A stretch of DNA of 64,000 bases, taken from positions 2,047,586-2,111,585 of the forward strand of contig OY781066.1 of the NCBI GenBank assembly GCA_963676395.1, in the 5' to 3' direction. Position 1 is the first letter of the stretch. Each line of letters starts with the position of its first letter. Positions 40,531-49,491 of the stretch are shown here, piece after piece. Source of the stretch: a bacterium. GTDB lineage: Bacteria > Fidelibacterota > Fidelibacteria > Fidelibacterales > Fidelibacteraceae. The notes beneath the pieces are model-generated. The model worked only from the letters and a program-made list of their open reading frames with translations, did no database searches and was not told where the DNA came from. The position numbers were made by a program, and so were the translations under genes.

Positions 40531-41208
40531 TCATTTCAGATTATTGTTTACCGTTTCCTGCTTACTGAATTTCCGTCCTACCCACACAAAGTCATAGATT
40601 TGCCAAAACATTCGCTGTTCATCTTCCGTGCCGGGTTTATATACGTCTTCATGCCAATTATTTTTAAGAAGCTTTTTTATTTTTTTGGGATTGAGCTCAT
40701 CCAGTTTCTCATAAAGATAATCTCGGACTTCGTAAGTGGTCCATTCAAAATCCTGGGGGTCAAAGGCAGCACATTTCAGGTATTTATATGACTGAAAATC
40801 ATATTGTTCTGGACATGGATGAAAATAGTTTGTTCGTTGCTCACCCTGTTTTTCTACGGCGGCACAAACAAGTTGTGAATCCATCATATGTTCATCATAT
40901 AACCAGAGTTGAAGATCATAAGCTTGCTTACCTTTTTTAAATGCTTTATCCCACTCATCATACATGCGTGCCATGGCATCCAACATACCTAAAAAAACAG
41001 GTAGGGGTGGTTTTTTTTTATTCATGGCATACCATGGCTTGATCCAAAGTCCGGCATGGTGATCTTTGAATTCATTTATGGCGTCCAATGGTGGTTCCTT
41101 GAATAATTCATACCACATATTAATCCGTTTCATGAATTTACGTTCAGGAATTGGATGTGTGTGCATAGTTCTTTGGAGGTGTTTAAGTTGTTTTTCTAAA
41201 TTTGGCAT
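40531..41208 (-). CDS. hypothetical Trp-rich cytoplasmic protein
   Basis: ORF only. The ORF-track start at 41241 lies in the loop of a strong hairpin, so the ATG at 41208 (MPNLEKQ...) is preferred. Confidence 0.5.
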   Translation of the reverse strand: MPNLEKQLKHLQRTMHTHPIPERKFMKRINMWYELFKEPPLDAINEFKDHHAGLWIKPWYAMNKKKPPLPVFLGMLDAMARMYDEWDKAFKKGKQAYDLQLWLYDEHMMDSQLVCAAVEKQGEQRTNYFHPCPEQYDFQSYKYLKCAAFDPQDFEWTTYEVRDYLYEKLDELNPKKIKKLLKNNWHEDVYKPGTEDEQRMFWQIYDFVWVGRKFSKQETVNNNLK

Positions 41209-41229
41209 AAATTTCTCTGATATAATGAA

Positions 41230-41252
41230 AAGCCGCAGCATTGCTGCGGCTT
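41230..41252 (-). terminator. GC-rich stem-loop after the DUF4180 gene
   Basis: AAGCCGCAGC-ATT-GCTGCGGCTT 10-bp stem; on the minus strand it is followed by TTCATTAT. Confidence 0.5.
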
Positions 41253-41261
41253 AAATATAAG

Positions 41262-41624
41262 TTAATCACGTGTCAATAATTCAACGGCACGTTTAGCATC
41301 TTCAACGAAGATGATGCGACCGGTTTTATTACTTTCGTACATAAAGTCTAACCAGCTTTTACGTTGCAGATCATCGAAATCACCAATTACGGCTAGATAT
41401 TTATAGTAATTAATGACTTTTTGCATGATTTCTCCCGCCAATTTTGTTTTCAGGTCAAAGAAATTATCATGTAGATGTTCTCGTTTAATCATGATCTTAT
41501 TTGCACCTTGATAATCGGCATTCCCTAATAGATCCAAGGCATCTTGTACCGTGGAAATTGGTTGTGATATAGATTCAAGTGCAGCGATTGTAGTATTGTT
41601 TATATTTAATATTGTCAGTTTCAT
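41262..41624 (-). CDS. DUF4180-family protein
   Basis: 120 aa. DALDLLGNADYQGANKIMIKREHLHDNFFDLKTKLAGEIMQKVINYYKYLAVIGDF matches my recollection of DUF4180 sequences. Confidence 0.65.
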   Translation of the reverse strand: MKLTILNINNTTIAALESISQPISTVQDALDLLGNADYQGANKIMIKREHLHDNFFDLKTKLAGEIMQKVINYYKYLAVIGDFDDLQRKSWLDFMYESNKTGRIIFVEDAKRAVELLTRD

Positions 41625-41646
41625 TTATCTTCCTAATGGTTTTGTT

Positions 41647-41684
41647 AAAAAAATGATCGGTTATCAATGAAGACAGACCGATCA
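41647..41684 (-). terminator. rho-independent terminator after the GDPD/small-membrane-protein pair
   Basis: Minus strand TGATCGGT ... ACCGATCA 8-bp stem with a 15-nt loop, followed by TTTTTTT. Confidence 0.55.
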
Positions 41685-41704
41685 GATAAAAAAATATCAT
41701 TTGA

Positions 41705-41938
41705 TCAAGATCGATCGTCGGGTGATTCTTCTGGATCTAAAAATTGATCTGAATCGGTATTATTCAGATCATTATTCACCTTTTTGATTTCTTTTGAACG
41801 TAAAATCAAGACAATGAAAATACATAATAAACCCGGAAGAATATACAGGTAGTGTTTAACTGATACGGCAATAAGTATAAAGATTATTGCAAGAACAGCC
41901 AACAGTATATTCAGTAGGGCATAATTCCTTTTTTTCAT
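41705..41938 (-). CDS. small membrane protein (77 aa, two hydrophobic helices)
   Basis: ALLNILLAVLAIIFILIAV and LYILPGLLCIFIVLIL. ATGA overlap with the upstream GDPD gene. Confidence 0.5.
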   Translation of the reverse strand: MKKRNYALLNILLAVLAIIFILIAVSVKHYLYILPGLLCIFIVLILRSKEIKKVNNDLNNTDSDQFLDPEESPDDRS

Positions 41939-42807
41939 TTTTCTCCGTATAATACTTTTCCAACTTCCAGCGGTCTATCTGTTGCAAAGATATCAATGCC
42001 GAGTCTTTCCCAGCGTTTGTACCAATGATCTCCCTTTGCTTCCGCTTTCTTGTCTAAATTACCAAGTGTTCCGCAATTGGCAAAGACTTTTTCTTCATGA
42101 AGCATGTTATAGAGTTTCTTTTTTTGTAAATGTGTACCGGTGAATGCCGTAATGCGGTTCATGGGGATCCCCGCATCCTTTGAGCGTTGTAATTCTTCTT
42201 CAGAGCGGATGGCTAGAGATAACATGAGGTCCTTATCAAGTTTATTGACCTTAACACCATCATTTATATTGTAAACAATGATTAATACATTGGCTTCAGT
42301 ATCTGTTTTATGAACAAGATCAACAACTTTTTCAAAAGGAACCCCGCGCTTGACATCAAGATTTAAGACGGTTTTTCCCTTTGCCCAGATCAGCGCTTTT
42401 TCCAAAGTCGGTACACGAAAATTCGTAAGCTGTCCATTGTTATCTTCCAAAAATAGTTGTTCTATCGTTTTAAAATCGGTTTCATTTACAGAGCCTTCCC
42501 CTGTAGTTGTTCGTTTTAGATTCCAGTCGTGCATCAGTATTAATACTGAGTCTTTTGTAATTGAGACATCCACTTCGAGTGTTGATGGATAATGATCAAG
42601 AATATGGTCAAATGTCTCTATACAATTTTCCGGATAACCCGGATAAGGACCGCCGCGGTGCGCCGAAAGGATGGGCGTGGCGTTTTGTGACCAGGAAAAG
42701 AAATGTTGGATCTCTTCCACACTCTCAAAAGTGAGGTCCGGGACAGGATATGGTGGCTTAGCGACTAATATTGTAGCAATGAGTAAGAATGTTATTAGTT
42801 TATTCAT
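41935..42807 (-). CDS. secreted glycerophosphodiester phosphodiesterase (GDPD) family protein
   Basis: SAHRGGPYPGYPENCIETF, LEVDVSITKD, ILMHD. The ATG at 42807 has an AAGGGA RBS; the ORF-track TTG at 42843 is less likely. Confidence 0.8.
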   Translation of the reverse strand: MNKLITFLLIATILVAKPPYPVPDLTFESVEEIQHFFSWSQNATPILSAHRGGPYPGYPENCIETFDHILDHYPSTLEVDVSITKDSVLILMHDWNLKRTTTGEGSVNETDFKTIEQLFLEDNNGQLTNFRVPTLEKALIWAKGKTVLNLDVKRGVPFEKVVDLVHKTDTEANVLIIVYNINDGVKVNKLDKDLMLSLAIRSEEELQRSKDAGIPMNRITAFTGTHLQKKKLYNMLHEEKVFANCGTLGNLDKKAEAKGDHWYKRWERLGIDIFATDRPLEVGKVLYGEK

Positions 42808-42830
42808 ATTATTCCCTTTTTTATGGATAA

Positions 42831-42860
42831 TGTAAAGACGCAAAATATTGCGTCTTTACA
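42831..42860 (-). terminator. strong stem-loop ending the six-gene envelope operon
   Basis: TGTAAAGACGC / GCGTCTTTACA perfect 11-bp stem with an 8-nt loop, 35 nt after the last stop. The U-tract is weak (TTATCC). Confidence 0.6.
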
Positions 42861-42894
42861 TTACAAATATATTCTGAATCAACACTGATTTAAT

Positions 42895-44250
42895 TTATTC
42901 TTCTCTATCGGGATCTTCAACGACAACGTCATCTACTTTGGTAAATCTTAAAACTCTGTTATTGCCATTATCAAAGGTGTAGAGTACTTCATCGTAAAAA
43001 GTAAGTGCCAAAGGATTGTTCAGGAGATCGGGGTATTGTTGTAAAACAAGTGTATCTTTTACAACAAGAGAATCTCCTATATATGAGGAATCGCTTACTC
43101 TGATCCATTCCTCTCGTACTACGATAGATTTAATGAATTTACCTTGAGCTGAAAACATTTTTACATCACGATCTAATGTATCGAGCACAAAGATGCTATT
43201 ATCGTTTGCTACGGTAATATCTCTGGCATAGCCATAAGCACCCAAACCCATGATGTCATCGATACCAACGAGAAATTGTGTGTTATAAGAACTTGAGTTT
43301 AGTTTATGTACAGAAAAATATTCTCCGGTTTGTGTGTAATAAACACTTCCACCATTATCTGATGCCATTGATATAGGTTGAGAAACCGTTCCGGCACCTG
43401 TTCCGGGTGTAGCGATAAAGTCATCAAGCATACCGGTATACTGCCATACATTTTGACCGTTTTCCAAATGTACCAAGACCGTGGGTACCAGAAGTATTTC
43501 TAAAAGATAATTGTTTATGGCATCTGCCGCATAAATGGACATTTGGTCAGTCGCCGCCGGTGCTAAAGCAACAAATGATTTGTTCTGAGCGGCATAAATA
43601 GGATTTCCCCCAACAATTGTTGTGCCGCTTGCGGTATCAACTAATCCATTTATATTAAGATCGGAGCTTGGATCATAAAAAATTCTTGGTGCCATCATTG
43701 AATCAATAGCGGCAGTGCTTGTACTGTCGATTACTTCTGAGCCTGAAATGGGTGAGTACCCCATGTAGAGTCCATCCAAAGGATGCATGGTAACCGTATC
43801 GGAGCCTACAAGGTAATCCCGTTCAAGCACAATGCCTTTAATGCCGATGGTCGCTACAAATTGCGGCCAGAACCAGATCACATCACTATCATCGGTATAA
43901 TACACATTAAATCTTGCATCTAAACATACCGCAGTCGGAGAAATGTTAAGATGTTTTAGTGAATCATATAAACCGTTTTCCACTTCTCCCGAAGGGCGGA
44001 TAACAGTAATGCTGTTTGCGATAGAATCAGCAATATATATACGTCCGTCTTTAGAAGAAAAGGCATCAACAGGTGTGTGCAGATCCAATTCGCCAAAGGT
44101 CCAATCAGGAGTAATTTGCACATATTTATTAGGATCATTGTTGATCCCGCCGTTTCCACCGCCATTGCTGGGAAGTGATATGTTTTCCGAACAGGAGATC
44201 AATAAGATGATCGTAAATAAGATCAGGGATGTTTTTAATAGATTTTTCAT
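42895..44250 (-). CDS. lipoprotein with NHL/beta-propeller-like repeats
   Basis: Lipobox LLISC. Recurrent hydrophobic-Y-x-x-D strand motifs (RIYIADS, NVYYTDD, SIYAADA, SVYYTQT, SIFVLDT, VLYTFDN). Confidence 0.5.
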   Translation of the reverse strand: MKNLLKTSLILFTIILLISCSENISLPSNGGGNGGINNDPNKYVQITPDWTFGELDLHTPVDAFSSKDGRIYIADSIANSITVIRPSGEVENGLYDSLKHLNISPTAVCLDARFNVYYTDDSDVIWFWPQFVATIGIKGIVLERDYLVGSDTVTMHPLDGLYMGYSPISGSEVIDSTSTAAIDSMMAPRIFYDPSSDLNINGLVDTASGTTIVGGNPIYAAQNKSFVALAPAATDQMSIYAADAINNYLLEILLVPTVLVHLENGQNVWQYTGMLDDFIATPGTGAGTVSQPISMASDNGGSVYYTQTGEYFSVHKLNSSSYNTQFLVGIDDIMGLGAYGYARDITVANDNSIFVLDTLDRDVKMFSAQGKFIKSIVVREEWIRVSDSSYIGDSLVVKDTLVLQQYPDLLNNPLALTFYDEVLYTFDNGNNRVLRFTKVDDVVVEDPDREE

Positions 44251-45212
44251 TAGAAATTATAACTTATTTGAATTTGATTAACGATACCAAGATATATATG
44301 TGGACGAAATGCATAATCGACCGTTAGGCCGGAATTCCATCGCTCAGTTGAAAATCCCAGTCCCATAGAAAAAGGGATCTCTGTTCCTATACAATAACCA
44401 GCGCGGACTTCCACAGCTTCAAAGAGTTTTGCATTCACGCCAAGAACATAGGTTTCATCATTGTCAACCGGGTGATTTAATTGTGCGGATACAAGAAGGT
44501 CCATGAAGTCATTTTCATAAATGGTTATAGAAGAGCCGATATGAAAGGTAGTGGGAGGAGCAAAAGTTGCGTATTCGCGTTCATCTCCATCACTTGAGAT
44601 ATAAGTGCCTGCGGGTCCTGCCGGAGTTCCGAAATTCAATAACGCAACAGCAAGAGTCATATCTTTAAATCCGGTTCTATAGAATGTTCCCAGATCCATA
44701 ACAATGGATGTGGTTGCCATATCAAGGTATTCTTCCCTTACCATTCTTGCTGAAAAACCAAAAGAAAATCGATCGCTCATTTTACGTGAGGCATTTAAAC
44801 CCACATAATAGTCGGCGTATGAAAAATAATCTCCGGAACCGTAGGGATTGTATTCGGTAGTGATTTCCATCGGATCCATGTGTAAGGCGCCAATTTCCAC
44901 ACCGAATGCCCAAGAGCCCATGGTATGAGCAGCCGCAATGTATTCGTAGCCGATACCGTCAAACCATTGTAGGTGGCTCAAACTTACAGATGTTCCCTCT
45001 AATTGCACCGTAATGGCAGGATTCCAATGGATGGCGGATGCATCGGAAACAACCGAAGTAAAAGCACCACCAATGCCGGCTGATGTTGCCGATGGATCAA
45101 TTTTGAGGAAGTTGAAAATAGATGTTCCGGCTCTTTGTCCGCCTAAACCGGCGAATAGCATTGAAGCGCTAAAAAGTAGAACAATTGCGAATTTATGTTT
45201 GTTTTGTCTCAT
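44250..45212 (-). CDS. PorV/PorQ-family outer-membrane beta-barrel protein
   Basis: RAGTSIFNFLKIDPSATSAGIGGAFTSVVSDASAIHWNPA. C-terminus ISYNF (aromatic terminal residue). Confidence 0.7.
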   Translation of the reverse strand: MRQNKHKFAIVLLFSASMLFAGLGGQRAGTSIFNFLKIDPSATSAGIGGAFTSVVSDASAIHWNPAITVQLEGTSVSLSHLQWFDGIGYEYIAAAHTMGSWAFGVEIGALHMDPMEITTEYNPYGSGDYFSYADYYVGLNASRKMSDRFSFGFSARMVREEYLDMATTSIVMDLGTFYRTGFKDMTLAVALLNFGTPAGPAGTYISSDGDEREYATFAPPTTFHIGSSITIYENDFMDLLVSAQLNHPVDNDETYVLGVNAKLFEAVEVRAGYCIGTEIPFSMGLGFSTERWNSGLTVDYAFRPHIYLGIVNQIQISYNF

Positions 45213-45215
45213 TTG

Positions 45216-47915
45216 TTAAAACCTTAAAAAGAGTCCTAGCATGATCTGGCGGGGTGAATAGTAACGGGATGGATCCAAATTGGGATTTCTTCCCGCATAG
45301 TAGGTGTATGAAATGATCTCGCCGGGATCATAAGGTTGACCGGTAAAAGGATTGATCCTTCTGGGTACTTTGTAATTGAAAATATTTTCTACATCGATAT
45401 AAAATCCGTATGTCAGGTTTTTATAATAGAAGTCTTTAGTAAATTTTAGATCAACCGTAATATAGGGATCCGCGATTTCGCCATAGGGATTGTCACTACG
45501 TGAAGTACCAATATACCACATGGTTCCATCAGAGGTAGTTACCGTATCCAAAACTACACTTTCAGTATAGCGTTTTCCCGCTTGTGCTTCAATATGCGCA
45601 TTTAATGACCAGTTGTTAATCCATGGAGAAAGATCATCTTCATACATATGAAGCCTGAGGTTTCCGATCAATCTGAAGGGCTCATCCCATGAAAGATAAT
45701 TCTCGGTCAGAGGTTTTTCGGGGATCATACCTGCTTCAACCAATACATTATCATCGGGTGAGGAGCTTTTACCGGTTGTTACTGAATAGGTAAAAGAAGC
45801 ATCGCCGCTGAAGAATCTACCGGCGGTTTGACGGAACATAAATTCAAGTCCGTAAGAGCGGGCATAATCCATATTTAAATACATCATTAAGCTATAGTTT
45901 CCAACCAAGGGGTTGAAAGATGTAATGGTTTGTGCCGTTTCATAATCAAACATATCTTTGTAATAGGCTTTAAATTCGACGGCCGATGCGGCGGAGAACT
46001 TATGTTTTAGACCGATCTCGTATGCCACGGTTGTTTTAGGATCTAAATTCGGGTTACCGATAAGTGAATAGGGGTTATCTGAAACGGTATTCAATTTGGC
46101 ATAAACATAATTGTAAGTGGGTAGCTGTGAGAAATGCCCATAGTTAAAGTACAATACATCATTATCCGTAACCGGATGAGAAATACCCAAGCGAGGACTC
46201 AGGTGCCCTTTAAATCTTGCACCAAAGAGATTATTGGTTTCATCAAAATAACGTTGCCTACCGGCTTCTGTGATCGTTAAGATATCCGGATTCATCATTG
46301 CTTCGGTGACTTCTTTTCCGATGAACCAGTAATCATAGCGCATACCGATATTTGCGATCATACCTTCGAAAGTGATTTTATCTTGTAGGTAAAAAGAACC
46401 ATCGGAGGGTTTTACATTATAGTAATCATAACTTTCTCCCAAGCCGGAACCCAACCAAGGTTTATAAATATCAATAACCTGCATATCGGTTGAACGGTGT
46501 TCAAAGCCAGCCTTTACTTTATGTCGAGTGCTTGGGTGATAGGTAAAATCAGTCGACAAGGTGAAATTTTTACTCCAGTAGTCATACCAATAGGGTGCAT
46601 CACCATGATCCCAGAACTCATCACCGGTATAAACCACAACATTACCAAATTCATCGCGAGTTGAATATTCGGTAGGATCTATATCAAGAATTTCATCGTA
46701 TTGGGTCCAGTGTTTATTTTGTACGGCTTTATGAAACGAGGTATAAAAGTAGCCGGCATTAACCGTATAAAATAGTTTTGGATTGATAGTATGAGTCCAC
46801 AAGGCATTCACAACCTTAGATTCTGATGTAAAGGTGGGGTAATTATCCAGCATTTCTTGGAATGCATATGGATATGATGATTTTCTAAAATAGCCTTGAT
46901 TGACATTTGCAGACTGGTTATATGAGATGGAAAATTTATATTTTTGTTGATAATTCCAAGAAAGCTTTGCCATGGTGGACATATTGTTCTCTTGACGATT
47001 AGTAAAGACATTCATCCAATCCCGATAGGGATACAGTTTTTCAGAGCCCGGTAAATAGGAGTCGGATAAATATAGATATCCACTGACAAAATATGAAAGA
47101 TACCCGGGAATAAGTTTACTGTTGCCATTGATCAGAGGTCCGCCCAAGGTGAATTCGATATTGTCTGTACCAAAGCCGTTACTTCCAAAAAGCTGGTCTG
47201 TTTTATATCTTGCGGAGCCTTCAAGATTAGCAGCACCTTCTTTTAATTTAACATCAATGATACCTGACATTGCTTGCCCGTATTCGGCATTAAATCCTCC
47301 GGTAATGATCTCTAACTCTTCAATAGCGTTTGAATTAACATACAAACTGGAAGTTTGTCCGGTAAGGGGATCCTTGATTGAAAGTCCATCAACGATGAAC
47401 TGTGATTCGTCAACTCGACCACCCCGGATATGGATTTCGTTGTTTGATGTAGAAACACCGGCTTGCTGACCGACAATATCTGCGACACTTTCAACGATCT
47501 TACCCAAAAGGTCATCGGATGAAACCGAAACGGAAGACGCTGTTGATGTTGCATCGATCAGAGGTTTTTCTCCCACAACCACGACATCTTCGCCAAGGGC
47601 GAGAACAGTTGTTTCCAAGGCGACATCAATTTTAATGGTTTCATCTTGATCTAACTCTATACCACCGTGGATATATTGTTTATAACCGATCATAGAAACC
47701 ATCATATCGTAGGTTCCCTGGCCCATACCTGTGATGGTAAATGAACCATCCATGGATGTTGCTGCCCCGTAATATGTACCTTTGAGGATGATATTTACAC
47801 CTACCATTGGTTCCTTGGTTTCTGCATCGGTGACAACACCACGAATGACAGCTGCGCTTAAAATACAGCTTAAGGTTATTGTTAAAACAGCAATGTACTT
47901 GATAATTTGTTTCAT
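45216..47915 (-). CDS. SusC-like TonB-dependent outer-membrane receptor (CarboxypepD_reg + plug + barrel)
   Basis: IRGVVTDAETKEPMVGVNIILKGT...DGSFTI (CarboxypepD_reg), IHIRGGRVDESQFIVDGLSIKDPLTG (plug), C-terminal LGLFLRF. Confidence 0.85.
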   Translation of the reverse strand: MKQIIKYIAVLTITLSCILSAAVIRGVVTDAETKEPMVGVNIILKGTYYGAATSMDGSFTITGMGQGTYDMMVSMIGYKQYIHGGIELDQDETIKIDVALETTVLALGEDVVVVGEKPLIDATSTASSVSVSSDDLLGKIVESVADIVGQQAGVSTSNNEIHIRGGRVDESQFIVDGLSIKDPLTGQTSSLYVNSNAIEELEIITGGFNAEYGQAMSGIIDVKLKEGAANLEGSARYKTDQLFGSNGFGTDNIEFTLGGPLINGNSKLIPGYLSYFVSGYLYLSDSYLPGSEKLYPYRDWMNVFTNRQENNMSTMAKLSWNYQQKYKFSISYNQSANVNQGYFRKSSYPYAFQEMLDNYPTFTSESKVVNALWTHTINPKLFYTVNAGYFYTSFHKAVQNKHWTQYDEILDIDPTEYSTRDEFGNVVVYTGDEFWDHGDAPYWYDYWSKNFTLSTDFTYHPSTRHKVKAGFEHRSTDMQVIDIYKPWLGSGLGESYDYYNVKPSDGSFYLQDKITFEGMIANIGMRYDYWFIGKEVTEAMMNPDILTITEAGRQRYFDETNNLFGARFKGHLSPRLGISHPVTDNDVLYFNYGHFSQLPTYNYVYAKLNTVSDNPYSLIGNPNLDPKTTVAYEIGLKHKFSAASAVEFKAYYKDMFDYETAQTITSFNPLVGNYSLMMYLNMDYARSYGLEFMFRQTAGRFFSGDASFTYSVTTGKSSSPDDNVLVEAGMIPEKPLTENYLSWDEPFRLIGNLRLHMYEDDLSPWINNWSLNAHIEAQAGKRYTESVVLDTVTTSDGTMWYIGTSRSDNPYGEIADPYITVDLKFTKDFYYKNLTYGFYIDVENIFNYKVPRRINPFTGQPYDPGEIISYTYYAGRNPNLDPSRYYSPRQIMLGLFLRF

Positions 47916-47916
47916 A

Positions 47917-49437
47917 TTACTCGTTTATTTCAAATATGTGTCTGAATAGTTCGTCAAGATTGTTATTTCCTCTTAAATAATACAAAGGAATTGACATATA
48001 GTAACAGGTGCCATCTCCAATGGGAGTTTCGATCATGACTGTTGGTTCACCGGTATAATCACTGGTATTCAATGAGTCGTGTTCAAAATGATATCTTAAT
48101 GTTGAAGTAGCACCGGGTTCAATGGCATATAGTTTATCTGCCAAAGTAGAGGAGGTTTTTAGAGTCAATTCACTATTTAATGTTGAGTCTCCCCAGCTAG
48201 GAATAATATTTACATCCGAATATATACGACCGGTGGGGCTGTATTGATAGACTGTGTCGATATCCGTAAAGGTCCATACCGTGTCGGGGCGTGAGCCGGT
48301 AGCAACTTTTTGAGCGTTATTAACAAACAGTGTACCGCCATCACCAACAAAACGTGTTAAGGCCAAGGAAGCTTCATTTAATGAGTTTGATCCTCTAAAG
48401 GTAAACCAGAAGACGTTGGAAAAAGTACTTAAGTTAAGTTCGATATCTTCAGCGGAGTAGGGAATGGTGTTTGCCGTATTGTTGCTTCCCCCGCCAATTT
48501 CCCAAATAGAATAGTTATTTGCACCCAGTAAACCTTCTACAATACCTGTGTAGAGATTCTGGTGAGAATAAGCTACTTGATCTCCGGGGAAATCATTGAC
48601 GATGAGCATATCACCTTTAGGTTCAATAACTTCCCATGTAAGGATCTCAGATTCATCTGAATTAGGATCCGGGAATGATATTATATCGCTTTCGGCACCA
48701 GCAATATCCTTAACTTTCAGGTAGAAACGATGTCTTCCTGCCGGGATCTCAGTCAGCATGATCTCACTGATATCTCCATCTAATTTAATCCATGTGCTGG
48801 TATCGTCTAAAGCATAAAATACTTCTGTAATAGTTTCCCTTCCGTCAATATCAGAGACATCCCAGAAAAACGAATGGTGCTGGAAAGAATAATGCACTGA
48901 GTCTTCTGTTTTTGAGCTTTGAGGGATAGTGCCGAGTTTCCATTCAACCTCGGGAGGTGAGTTGAAAACCGGAAATGTCGCTATTGCTGGTGTTGGGTCA
49001 ATGGCATTACTGTCATCCACTGCCTGAACATAAAAAGAATACACATCAAGTTGTGTACGTAGCGGTAAATAAAAAATTGCTGATTCGTCCTGTGTGAAAA
49101 TCGATGTATCCATATAGGACCAACGGTAATAGTAGCCGATAACATTGCCATCGGGATCATCTCCCCACCAATGAACTTCTTGGACTGAGATGGTTGTATC
49201 CAATCCCATGATTAATGTATCACCATCTTCTACCCAAACGGTATCTCCGTTATTGATCCAATAATCTCCGGGCCCCAATGTTGTATCGGGATTATAGAAA
49301 AATGAAACATGAGTTTCGGGAGGTAAGTTTCCGGATGTTGAATCAGGTAATTTTGGGTGAAACAGATCGCAGGCAACCAATGACAGTAAAATGATAACTG
49401 CGAATACAACTAATGTTATTTGCTTGGTATTTTTCAT
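47917..49437 (-). CDS. lipoprotein of unknown function
   Basis: Lipobox LSLVAC. Motifs such as HWWGDDPDGNVIGYYYRW suggest Ig/beta-sandwich modules. No catalytic motif recognised. Confidence 0.55.
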   Translation of the reverse strand: MKNTKQITLVVFAVIILLSLVACDLFHPKLPDSTSGNLPPETHVSFFYNPDTTLGPGDYWINNGDTVWVEDGDTLIMGLDTTISVQEVHWWGDDPDGNVIGYYYRWSYMDTSIFTQDESAIFYLPLRTQLDVYSFYVQAVDDSNAIDPTPAIATFPVFNSPPEVEWKLGTIPQSSKTEDSVHYSFQHHSFFWDVSDIDGRETITEVFYALDDTSTWIKLDGDISEIMLTEIPAGRHRFYLKVKDIAGAESDIISFPDPNSDESEILTWEVIEPKGDMLIVNDFPGDQVAYSHQNLYTGIVEGLLGANNYSIWEIGGGSNNTANTIPYSAEDIELNLSTFSNVFWFTFRGSNSLNEASLALTRFVGDGGTLFVNNAQKVATGSRPDTVWTFTDIDTVYQYSPTGRIYSDVNIIPSWGDSTLNSELTLKTSSTLADKLYAIEPGATSTLRYHFEHDSLNTSDYTGEPTVMIETPIGDGTCYYMSIPLYYLRGNNNLDELFRHIFEINE

Positions 49438-49450
49438 AATTTGAAAATGA

Positions 49451-49476
49451 TCCGCCTCTTCCGAAGAAGAGGCGGA
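49451..49476 (-). terminator. intra-operon stem-loop with UUCG tetraloop (attenuator or RNA-stabilising hairpin)
   Basis: Minus strand UCCGCCUCUUC-UUCG-GAAGAGGCGGA, perfect 11 bp, then UCAUUUUC and the next ATG only 13 nt away. Confidence 0.6.
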
Positions 49477-49491
49477 TACTATCCTAAACTC

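Noticed and set aside
46808-47554. Short ORFs on both strands inside 45216-47915.
   Set aside because: They are nested in the TonB-dependent receptor gene, whose frame is supported end to end.
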